Below the pieces are notes generated by a model that saw nothing but the letters and a program-made list of their open reading frames with translations, was not told where the DNA came from and did not search any database. This document shows, piece after piece, positions 18,016 through 26,246 of a stretch of 64,000 nucleotides of DNA. Made by a program: the position numbers and the translations under genes. How positions within the stretch are numbered: the first letter of the stretch is position 1; every line of letters starts with the position of its first letter. The stretch is from an uncultured Clostridia bacterium (GTDB lineage: Bacteria; Bacillota; Clostridia; Christensenellales; Aristaeellaceae), in the NCBI GenBank assembly GCA_946536315.1, contig CAMNEH010000001.1:592-64591 (forward strand), in the 5' to 3' direction.

Positions 18016-21000
18016 GGACGCGCTCAGTCTGCCTGACTTCACGGAAACGGAATGTGTCTGGGATTCCGCGGGCAACCTGTATCTGGAAATTTCCAATGAC
18101 CTGTCCGGTCAGCCTGCGCTCAACCGGCGTGGCTTTGCGCGCGCCGTGTACGCCCTGGACGACTACGGCAACATTATCACTGAAATGTACTTCGGCACAG
18201 ACCTGTCGCTGGTCGATATCGACACGGGCTACGCCAGGGCGGAGTACACCTATGAGGTGGACGAAGAGGGTACCGCGCACCTGCTGACCGAGGACCGGTA
18301 CACCGCGGATGGAAAGCGCGCCGACATTCCCGGCGGCTACAGCTACCGCAGGGACGTCTGGCAGGGCAATCAGCGCCTGTCCAGCCGCTACTACAATGCG
18401 AATGGCGAGCTGACGCGCCCCACCGGCGGATACGCGGAGATCCTGTACGATATCGACTATGACGAGTCGGAGATGACCATCCTCAAGCGCTACCTGGATG
18501 CGGACGGCTCCCCCCTGATCGGCACGGAGGGCGGCGCGACCGCGCTGTTCAAATACCACTTCAGGACGTATTCCGCTGACGAGGATCAGCTGGAGCTGCT
18601 GGAGGAGATGAAGCGCGGCCTGTCGCTGGACGATTACCGGCTGCTGGATGAAAACTGGCGCCTCCTGGATTCCGTTGAGATTTTCGGAGCGGACGGGAGC
18701 CGCACGCTGGGCGCGGACCGCTACCACCGCCAGGTCAATACCTATGATGATCACGATAACCTGCTTCGCACGGACTATTATGATCAGGACGGCGACCGGA
18801 TTTCCGCCGGCACCGGCTACGCTTCGCTGGAAAACGAATACGATTCGCTGAACCGCCTGGTCAAGGTGAGCTATCTGGGCACCGAAGGACAGCTGATCAA
18901 GATGGTGAACGGCTATGCCCGGGTGACCTACGAATATTATGGCGGTACGGACGTCATTCATTACGAGCGCTATTTCGGCACCGACGGCCAGCGGACCATG
19001 ACCTCCGCCGGTTTTTCCATGATCGAGTACGAGTACAACGGCCCGAACTACGACTACCGTATCACGTACTACGATATCAAGGATGACTACAGCATGTTCA
19101 ACGCGGGCTACGCCCGGATCGAAAAGATCTACGGCGGCGCGCTCGCGTGGAACCGCAACGAGATCAACCAGCGCGTCGTCGTGACTTCGATGGCGGACAT
19201 CGAGCGCTATTACGGCACGGACATGAAGCTCATCGAGCTGAAGTCCGGCATCGCCGGGTACGTCAACGAGCGCAACCAGCACGGCCAGGTTTCGCGCACC
19301 ACCTATATGGACAGCAACTGGCAGCCCACCCGCAACGATGAAATGCAATACGCCTACATCGAGTACCTTTATGGCAGGGACACTGTGGACGCCCCGCCAG
19401 TGCAGGAAGCGTATTTCGACAAGGACGGGAAGCCCTGCGAGGGCCTGACCGGCACGTATATCCGGACGATGGCCTACGGCGGTCCGAACCAGAGTCTGCT
19501 GGTCGCCGAGGCGTATTACGACGCTTCCGGACGCCCGGATACCTGCGTGACGCACGGCGCGTACCGCGTGGAATACGGATTCAACGCGGAATACCGTCAG
19601 ACCTCGGTCCGGTTTTTCGATGTCAATCGTCAGCCGGTCAACAGCAATTACGGCTATGCGACGCTGCTGAGGGAGTACAGCGAAGGCAGCCGCTTGCTGT
19701 GGGAGGCCGCGTTTGACCAGAATGGCGCGCTCACGATCCTGGACGGACGGTACGCCGTCAGGGTCAACAGCTATGATTTTACCGGTCACCAGACCGGAAC
19801 ACGGTTCTACGACGAGCGCGGCGACGTCATGACCCAGGCGGAGGGCTACGCGACTGCGCTGTACACCTATGACCTGGACGGAAATGTCACCAGCACCACG
19901 TACTATAACGCAGCAGGAGAGCCGACGCTGATCAACGGCCGCGCGCGCGTCGTCCGCGAATTCGACGCGGATCACAATGTCGTTTACGAGGCATACTTTG
20001 GCACTGATTTTCAGCCGATCCGGCTCGGCGCGGGGTACGCGGCGTTCCGCTCCTCCTATGATCCGATGACCGGCGTGCTGGAGAAGATCGTGTATCTGGA
20101 TACCGACGGCCAGCCGGTGCTGCTGGCGCAGGGCTTTGCGTCATACGAGCTGAAATATGACACGAACGGGAACCTGCTCAGGCGCGCCTATTTCGATGAG
20201 GACGGTCAGCCGGTGGCCCCGGTCTCCGAGGGCTACGCCTGGTTCGAGCGCAAGTGCGACGCCTCCGGCCATGTGCTGGAGGAGGCCTACTATCAGGCGG
20301 ACGGATCACTGCTGGTCAATCGTGACAAGTACGCGGTGGTCGCCTGGACCTATGATGCGGCGGGCAACCAGACCTCGGTCACCTACCTCGGCGCCGACCG
20401 CCGGCCGGTGGATACCGCCCTGGGCTATGCCCGGATGGAGCTGTCCAGCGACTATATGGGCAATAAGACCAGCGAGGCGTACTATGACGCCGCGCTCAAA
20501 CCGACCAATATTTCCGACGGCTACCATCGCGCGGTCTTCACATGGGACGAGAGCGGACATATGCTGTCCGAGGCGTATTATGACGCGTCCGGCCGCGCGG
20601 CGGAATGCCCGTCTGGCTACGCTTCCTTTGTCAGGGAGTACGACGTGCGCGGCAACCTGACCCGCGAGGTGTACTATGACAAGGACGGCAAAATCACGAA
20701 CGTCAGCGCTGGCGCGGCCAGGATCGAGCGGGAATACGACATTTACAGCCGACTGATCAGCGAGCGTTACTATGACGAAGCCGGCCAGCCGTATATGCTG
20801 CGCGGCGACTATGCCGCCGTGGAGTACGCCTATAACCAGCAGGGGCTGATCCTGTTTGAAAAATACCTGGGCGTCGACGGCGAGCCGGTGGTATCCTCCA
20901 AGGGCTACGCGCTGATGGAGCGCGAGTATGACGCGACCGGCCATCTGCTGCATGAGCGCTTCACGGACGGCAAGGGGACGCTGATCGTTCAAAGCAACGG

Positions 21001-23785
21001 CTACGCGCATCGCGCGCAGACGTGGAACGAGCAGGGCTATCTGACCAGCGTCGCTTATTTCGGCGAGGATGACTTCTTCGTCCTTCAATCCGGGCGTTAC
21101 AGCTATATCACCTACAAGCGCGACGCGAACGGCAACTGCACCGAGCAGGCGTGGTATGTCTACGAAGGGCTGCCGACCACGATGCCGGGCGGCTACAACC
21201 GCGTGACCAATGAGTACGACAACGCTGATCACTGCGTCAAAACCACCTACTGGTACGACGACAAGACGGTCATGCTTGAGGATGGCTATGCCGCGGTCGC
21301 GTACACCTATGACGCGCGCGGACGCTTGACGCAGGAAAGCTATCTGGATCAGCGCGACCGCCGCGTGACGACAGAAAAGGGCTTCTCGGCCATCGCCTAT
21401 GTGTATGACAATTCCGGCAATACGTTGGAAGTGCGCTATATGGATACGAAGGACAAGCTGGTCCGCCTGCCCGAGGGCTTCAGCGTATGGCAGCGCGAGT
21501 ATGACCAGTACAACCACGTCATCCGTGAGCAGTACCTGGATGAGCAGGGCCGCATCGCCTCGCTGACGGACCGCGTGTCCGTGATCCGGCGGTACTTTGA
21601 CGCCCGCGGCAACCTGATCCGCCTCGAAAACCTGAGCGCCGCGCTGCAGCCGGTCGAAACCGCGCTGGGCTTCTCCACGGTCCTGTACAGCTATGACGAC
21701 CAGGACCGCCTCCTGGCGGAGGACTTCCTGAACACGCGCGGTACCAGTACGCTGATTTCTGCCGGCTACGCCGGGGTACGCTATGAGTACGGCGCTCAGG
21801 GGCGCGTCTGGCGTGTCACCTATGTGGATACCTCCGGCCAGGCGACCCTGTTCAGGGACGGCTACGCCATGGCGGAGTACTATTACGACAGCAATCTGTA
21901 CCTGACGCAGATCTACTATTTCGACGACAAATACAGCCGCGCTTATATCAGCGACGGATATTCCGCGGTGCTGCGCACGGTCAACAAAAACGGCAACATC
22001 CTGACGGAAACCTACCTGGACAACAACAACGTGCCGGTGGTCAACGCCAACGGATATGCCGCGATGCGGAATACCTGGGACGAGCGCCAGCGGATCGTCA
22101 AACGGGAGTATCTGGACGCCGAGGGCCAGCCCACGCAGCTGAGCGGCGGTTACAGCGCCATCGGCTACGCGTATGATAACATGAACAACCTCATCCGCCG
22201 TTCCTATTATAATAAGAAGGGCGCGCTGACCTGGAACGAACAGGGCTACTGCGAGATCGTATATACCTATGACGACCGCAACCACTGCGTGGAGGAAAAG
22301 CTGCTCAACGCGCAGGGAAAGCCCGCGATCCACACGCTGGGCCAGTTCTCCTCCCTGACCAGGGAGGTGGACATCGACGGCCATGTGATGTCGGTCAAGT
22401 ATTTCAGCGTCAACGGCAACCCGACTTCGTATCAGAACGAGTATGCCGAGGTCCGCTACACCTACGACCTCGCGGGCCGCGAAACGTCCGCCAGCTATTA
22501 CGACCGCTACGGTCAGCTGACCAAGGGCACCCGCGGGTATGCGAGCGTGTCCACCGCATACAACGACCTGGGCAACGTGACCGAGATCTCCTATTACGAC
22601 GAGAACGGCTCGCTGGCGAATACCAGCAAAGGCTACGCGAGGGTGGTCTATACGTACGACGCGCTGGGCAATATGACCTCGGAACGGTATTATGATACCT
22701 GGGCGCTGGGCGTCACGCCCGAGGACGCGCTCTACGCCTTCTGCCTGATGGACCATGACAGCGAAGGCCGGCTGCTCAACGAGGAGTACTATGATGAGAA
22801 TGGATGGTACGTGCTCAACAAGGACGGCTATGCGGCCCATTTCATCACGTATTCGGAAAGCGGCCACATTGCTGAGGAATACTACCTGGACGAGATGCGC
22901 GACGGCGTAGCGATCGGGGGCTTCAGCCACCGCTGGCTCATTTCTGAGGACGAAGAGCAGCGTACCTATGTCATGCAGGAAACCATCGAAAATCCGGACG
23001 AGGATGACGGGTATGTCACCCGGATCCAGACCTATGACCGCTATGACCGCCCGATCCGTACGCGTTATTATGACGCGGAGGGGAGGACGGCGCTCGGCCC
23101 GGAGGGCTGCGCGGAGGTCGTGCGCGAATACACCAGCCGCGGCGAGGTGTCCCTGCTGCTCTATTACGACGGCAACGGCAAGCCTGTGGCGATCAACGGC
23201 GCGTATGGCGTCAGCCGGACGTATAACGCGTACGAGAATCTTGAAATGGAGACCTGGCTGGACGCGTCCGGTCACCCGACCGTCTCCAGCGAAGGATATG
23301 CCTCCGCGTATTACGATTACGACCTGAGCAATTCTGCGCGCGTGGAAAAGTATTACAAGTATTATCGGGATGCGAACGGGCAGCCGACCGCCGCGAGCAA
23401 CGGCGCGTGGGGCGTGAGCACCGTCTATTATCCGACGACGCGCGTGCACGAGGTCACCTTCCTCAACGAGAACGGCCAGCCGGTGACCACCCTTGAAGGG
23501 TACGCCATCCTGGAGTATGAAGAGGATGAGTGGGGCCACCGCACATGGGAAGGCTACTACGACGACCGTCACGCGCAGGCCAACTGCGAGGCCGGCTATT
23601 CCAGCGTGGAGCGCACCTATGACAGCCAGGGCCGCCTGATTGCCGAGCGCTACCTGGACCGTTACAACAAACTGACCAACAACGTGGACGGCGTGGCGGG
23701 CTGGAACGGGTATTATGACGGCCAGGGCAATCTGGTCATCAACAACCGCTACGACGCCAACCGGCAGCCGGTGTCCGCGCGGTAA
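17924..23785 (+). CDS. giant secreted YD-repeat (RHS-repeat-like) protein without recognisable toxin tip
   Basis: 1953 aa. AGGAGG RBS (17912-17917) lies 6 nt before the ATG. Signal peptide RVLAVTLLAAAMLTAGVAAAED. The rest is almost entirely ~38-aa units of the form GYA-x5-Y-x-YD-x2-GN-x6-YYD-x2-G-x-P. Confidence 0.8.
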   Translation: MTDKRPRTVLRVLAVTLLAAAMLTAGVAAAEDALSLPDFTETECVWDSAGNLYLEISNDLSGQPALNRRGFARAVYALDDYGNIITEMYFGTDLSLVDIDTGYARAEYTYEVDEEGTAHLLTEDRYTADGKRADIPGGYSYRRDVWQGNQRLSSRYYNANGELTRPTGGYAEILYDIDYDESEMTILKRYLDADGSPLIGTEGGATALFKYHFRTYSADEDQLELLEEMKRGLSLDDYRLLDENWRLLDSVEIFGADGSRTLGADRYHRQVNTYDDHDNLLRTDYYDQDGDRISAGTGYASLENEYDSLNRLVKVSYLGTEGQLIKMVNGYARVTYEYYGGTDVIHYERYFGTDGQRTMTSAGFSMIEYEYNGPNYDYRITYYDIKDDYSMFNAGYARIEKIYGGALAWNRNEINQRVVVTSMADIERYYGTDMKLIELKSGIAGYVNERNQHGQVSRTTYMDSNWQPTRNDEMQYAYIEYLYGRDTVDAPPVQEAYFDKDGKPCEGLTGTYIRTMAYGGPNQSLLVAEAYYDASGRPDTCVTHGAYRVEYGFNAEYRQTSVRFFDVNRQPVNSNYGYATLLREYSEGSRLLWEAAFDQNGALTILDGRYAVRVNSYDFTGHQTGTRFYDERGDVMTQAEGYATALYTYDLDGNVTSTTYYNAAGEPTLINGRARVVREFDADHNVVYEAYFGTDFQPIRLGAGYAAFRSSYDPMTGVLEKIVYLDTDGQPVLLAQGFASYELKYDTNGNLLRRAYFDEDGQPVAPVSEGYAWFERKCDASGHVLEEAYYQADGSLLVNRDKYAVVAWTYDAAGNQTSVTYLGADRRPVDTALGYARMELSSDYMGNKTSEAYYDAALKPTNISDGYHRAVFTWDESGHMLSEAYYDASGRAAECPSGYASFVREYDVRGNLTREVYYDKDGKITNVSAGAARIEREYDIYSRLISERYYDEAGQPYMLRGDYAAVEYAYNQQGLILFEKYLGVDGEPVVSSKGYALMEREYDATGHLLHERFTDGKGTLIVQSNGYAHRAQTWNEQGYLTSVAYFGEDDFFVLQSGRYSYITYKRDANGNCTEQAWYVYEGLPTTMPGGYNRVTNEYDNADHCVKTTYWYDDKTVMLEDGYAAVAYTYDARGRLTQESYLDQRDRRVTTEKGFSAIAYVYDNSGNTLEVRYMDTKDKLVRLPEGFSVWQREYDQYNHVIREQYLDEQGRIASLTDRVSVIRRYFDARGNLIRLENLSAALQPVETALGFSTVLYSYDDQDRLLAEDFLNTRGTSTLISAGYAGVRYEYGAQGRVWRVTYVDTSGQATLFRDGYAMAEYYYDSNLYLTQIYYFDDKYSRAYISDGYSAVLRTVNKNGNILTETYLDNNNVPVVNANGYAAMRNTWDERQRIVKREYLDAEGQPTQLSGGYSAIGYAYDNMNNLIRRSYYNKKGALTWNEQGYCEIVYTYDDRNHCVEEKLLNAQGKPAIHTLGQFSSLTREVDIDGHVMSVKYFSVNGNPTSYQNEYAEVRYTYDLAGRETSASYYDRYGQLTKGTRGYASVSTAYNDLGNVTEISYYDENGSLANTSKGYARVVYTYDALGNMTSERYYDTWALGVTPEDALYAFCLMDHDSEGRLLNEEYYDENGWYVLNKDGYAAHFITYSESGHIAEEYYLDEMRDGVAIGGFSHRWLISEDEEQRTYVMQETIENPDEDDGYVTRIQTYDRYDRPIRTRYYDAEGRTALGPEGCAEVVREYTSRGEVSLLLYYDGNGKPVAINGAYGVSRTYNAYENLEMETWLDASGHPTVSSEGYASAYYDYDLSNSARVEKYYKYYRDANGQPTAASNGAWGVSTVYYPTTRVHEVTFLNENGQPVTTLEGYAILEYEEDEWGHRTWEGYYDDRHAQANCEAGYSSVERTYDSQGRLIAERYLDRYNKLTNNVDGVAGWNGYYDGQGNLVINNRYDANRQPVSAR
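18150..23782 (+). repeat. degenerate coding repeat array (~114-nt / ~38-aa YD double units, roughly 45-50 copies by eye)
   Basis: Recurrent GY(A/S)...Y.YD..GN...(Y/F)YD..G.P blocks are read directly from the translation. The DNA copies are diverged, not identical. Confidence 0.7.
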
Positions 23786-23803
23786 CCGGAAGGGAGGAAG
23801 AAG

Positions 23804-24874
23804 ATGAAGCTGATCAATACCCTCAGGTCCGGGAAGTGCCGCCGCCTGCTGGCGTGCGCCGCCGCGCTGATGATGCTGGCCGTATCGGCCCTGCCCGCGC
23901 GCGCGGCCGCGCCGGCGGACGACTGGGTCACCTTCCTGCTGATCTGCAACGAAGGCATGAACAATGACAAGGGCAATGCCGGCAGCACCATGATGGTGGT
24001 CAGCATGCACCCGGTGCAGGGAAAAATCCGGCTGATGATGTTCACGTGGGACACCTTCATCGATTATGAGGGATACGACATGCCACAGCTGCTGAATATG
24101 CCTTACCGCAACAACGGCCCGGAGGAGACGGTCAAGGTATTCAACCAGAATTTCGGTACGAACATCCAGCTGTTCATGTCCCTGAACTACCTGAACCTGG
24201 CCTCGCTGATCGACAGCTACGGCGGTGTGCGGGTGGATATCACGCGGGCGGAGCGCAACGCCCTGAACGGTATGGTCGCCTCCAAAAAGCAGCAGCTGCT
24301 CGAACAGGCAAATGCCGGGCTGATCAGCCAGGTGCTGATCGACAGGCTCGCGCAGGATTACTATCTGGACAGCTTCGGGCCGGAAACGCAGCTGAACGGC
24401 CTGCAGGCGGTCGGCTTCGGCTGGCTGCAGTATGACTCGGTATACAATTGCTGCCTGCGCGATGTCAAGGTCATCGCCGGACTGTTTCACAGCGCGGCGC
24501 AGGTGGTTTCCGAGCGCATCGCCTTCTACACCGACGAGACGGGCTACCCGGATTATACCGAGGGACGCCGCGCGATCAACCTGGACGGGATCACTGAGGA
24601 GGATTACGAATTCTTCCGCCAGCAGATGGGGCCCATTTTCCAGATGTCCTACAATAACCTGACGGAGGACGATATTACCGGCATTTCCACGGCCCTGGCG
24701 CGCATTGCCTACTATGCCGCCCGGCAGGGCGTCAACATCTTTGACCACCTGGACTATGTGGTGCTGCCGCTGGAAGCGACCAACGAATACGACATCGTGG
24801 CCGGCGCGAAGGGGCATATCATCGACAAGGCCGCCAATGCCGCCGCCATTCAGGAGTTCCTGTACGGAGACTGA
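23804..24874 (+). CDS. LCP (LytR-CpsA-Psr) family protein, divergent
   Basis: 356 aa. N-terminal signal-anchor. Segments TMMVVSMHPVQGKIRLMMFTWDTFI and LNYLNLASLIDSYGGVRVDI resemble the LCP core. The typical Arg-rich motifs are not obvious. Confidence 0.6.
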   Translation: MKLINTLRSGKCRRLLACAAALMMLAVSALPARAAAPADDWVTFLLICNEGMNNDKGNAGSTMMVVSMHPVQGKIRLMMFTWDTFIDYEGYDMPQLLNMPYRNNGPEETVKVFNQNFGTNIQLFMSLNYLNLASLIDSYGGVRVDITRAERNALNGMVASKKQQLLEQANAGLISQVLIDRLAQDYYLDSFGPETQLNGLQAVGFGWLQYDSVYNCCLRDVKVIAGLFHSAAQVVSERIAFYTDETGYPDYTEGRRAINLDGITEEDYEFFRQQMGPIFQMSYNNLTEDDITGISTALARIAYYAARQGVNIFDHLDYVVLPLEATNEYDIVAGAKGHIIDKAANAAAIQEFLYGD

Positions 24875-25061
24875 GGGATTTGTCAATCCTGCGGCCACGG
24901 GTCTGACGGGTCCGGCGCTGGCAGCGCTTCGGAATTCCTGAGGGATCATGACGGAGCTCAACCTGCACTGATCGGATTGACAGGCGGGGGAGCTCCCGAA
25001 ACACGCATTTGCCTGACGGGTCCGGCATTCTGGGAGTTTTCCAGGATTGACCGGCGGGCGG
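24871..25061. repeat. intergenic short direct repeats
   Basis: CTGACGGGTCCGGC occurs at 24903-24916 and 25013-25026. GGATTGAC(A/C)GGCGGG occurs at 24974-24990 and 25044-25061. CTGAGGGAT occurs at 24871-24879 and 24938-24946. Confidence 0.5.
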
Positions 25062-25100
25062 AGCAATGGGTATGGGAAAGGAGGCGGAGTACGGAAGACA

Positions 25101-26108
25101 ATGAGCGAAAGCGCACAGTCAAGAATTGACTCTATTGATTTTCTGAAGGTCGTCGGCCTGACGGGCATCGTCATTGCCCATACGTCGCCGCCTGGCTGGC
25201 TGCTGATGCTGCGCTGCTTTGATGTGCCGCTGATGGTCATTCTTTCGGCGATCTTAGTGACGCAGTCCTATCGGCGCAGGCGCGCCTCGCCCAACGGGAC
25301 GCGCGGGTATTACGTGGGCAGGTTCAAGCGCATCGTCTTCCCTACCTGGATTTTTCTGGTCATCTATTTCACGTATGACCTCCTGGCGGGCGGCGGCCTG
25401 AAGCCCTTCAGGTACTACCTGGATTCGTTTCTCCTGACCCGGTACGGCATCGATTATGTCTGGGTCATGCTGATTTACCTGTACAGCGCGGCGCTGGTCC
25501 CGCTGCTGGACAGCCGTCCGCTGTCGTGGAAAAGCTTTCTCCCCGTGGCGGCGGCATACCTGGTGTACGAGGTCGCCTATTACCTGAAGCTTGGGACCGA
25601 TGTCCGCTTCATCGACACGACGTTCTATTATATCGTGCCGTACGGCGCGCTGACATGGCTGGGCGTGCACTACAGGGAAATGGGCAAGGGTCTCCGGCGC
25701 GCGATCCCGGTGGCGGCCTTAGCGGTCTTCATCGCGATGGCGCTCGTGTACCGCGCAAGGACCGGCGCGTTCTACAGCGCGCAGAACGTCAAGTACCCGC
25801 CGCGGATCTATTTTCTGTCCTACGGCGTGATGTGCACGTTCGCGCTGCTCTGGTTCTGCGAAAAATTCAGGCTGCGGCTGTATTCCGCGCCGCTGGTGCG
25901 ATGGATCGCTTCGCATTCGATGTGGATTTATCTGTGGCATATCCTGGCGCTGTCCGTGGTTGACAGGCTGGGCCTGCCGCAAATCTGGTGGCTGAAGCTG
26001 GCCATTGTTTATCCCGCGGCGGCGCTGTTCACGCTGGCGGTCAACCGCTGCCTGGACGCGGTCGGACGGAAGCGCTGTCCCGCATTTTTCAAATATCTTC
26101 GAAATTAA
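25101..26108 (+). CDS. acyltransferase-3 family membrane O-acyltransferase
   Basis: ATG at 25101 is preceded by GGAAAGGAGG. Polytopic protein with N-terminal IDFLKVVGLTGIVIAHT and about 10 hydrophobic helices. Confidence 0.75.
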   Translation: MSESAQSRIDSIDFLKVVGLTGIVIAHTSPPGWLLMLRCFDVPLMVILSAILVTQSYRRRRASPNGTRGYYVGRFKRIVFPTWIFLVIYFTYDLLAGGGLKPFRYYLDSFLLTRYGIDYVWVMLIYLYSAALVPLLDSRPLSWKSFLPVAAAYLVYEVAYYLKLGTDVRFIDTTFYYIVPYGALTWLGVHYREMGKGLRRAIPVAALAVFIAMALVYRARTGAFYSAQNVKYPPRIYFLSYGVMCTFALLWFCEKFRLRLYSAPLVRWIASHSMWIYLWHILALSVVDRLGLPQIWWLKLAIVYPAAALFTLAVNRCLDAVGRKRCPAFFKYLRN

Positions 26109-26121
26109 TCGCGCGGAAGTG

Positions 26122-26150
26122 TTTTCAGCGGAGAAAAAACGTGGTATACT
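26122..26150 (+). promoter_or_regulatory. candidate promoter of the esterase gene
   Basis: TTTTCA (26122-26127), 17-nt spacer, extended -10 TGgTATACT (TATACT at 26145-26150). Confidence 0.4.
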
Positions 26151-26246
26151 GCTCACAGGGCAGCAGCCTGCGACGTTTTTGATCACGCTGGTTCATCAAA
26201 GGATATCTGTTGCTGTTTGCCCAACTGTTGTTAATGGAGGTTCACC

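Noticed and set aside
18150-23782. CRISPR-like or tandem DNA repeat array.
   Set aside because: The periodicity is at the protein level (diverged ~114-nt coding units in one long ORF). There are no identical short repeats separated by unique spacers, and no cas genes.
17924-23785. RHS-type polymorphic toxin / contact-dependent inhibition locus.
   Set aside because: No RHS core motif, C-terminal toxin domain or downstream immunity ORF is visible. The protein ends within a repeat and the next gene is an LCP-family protein.
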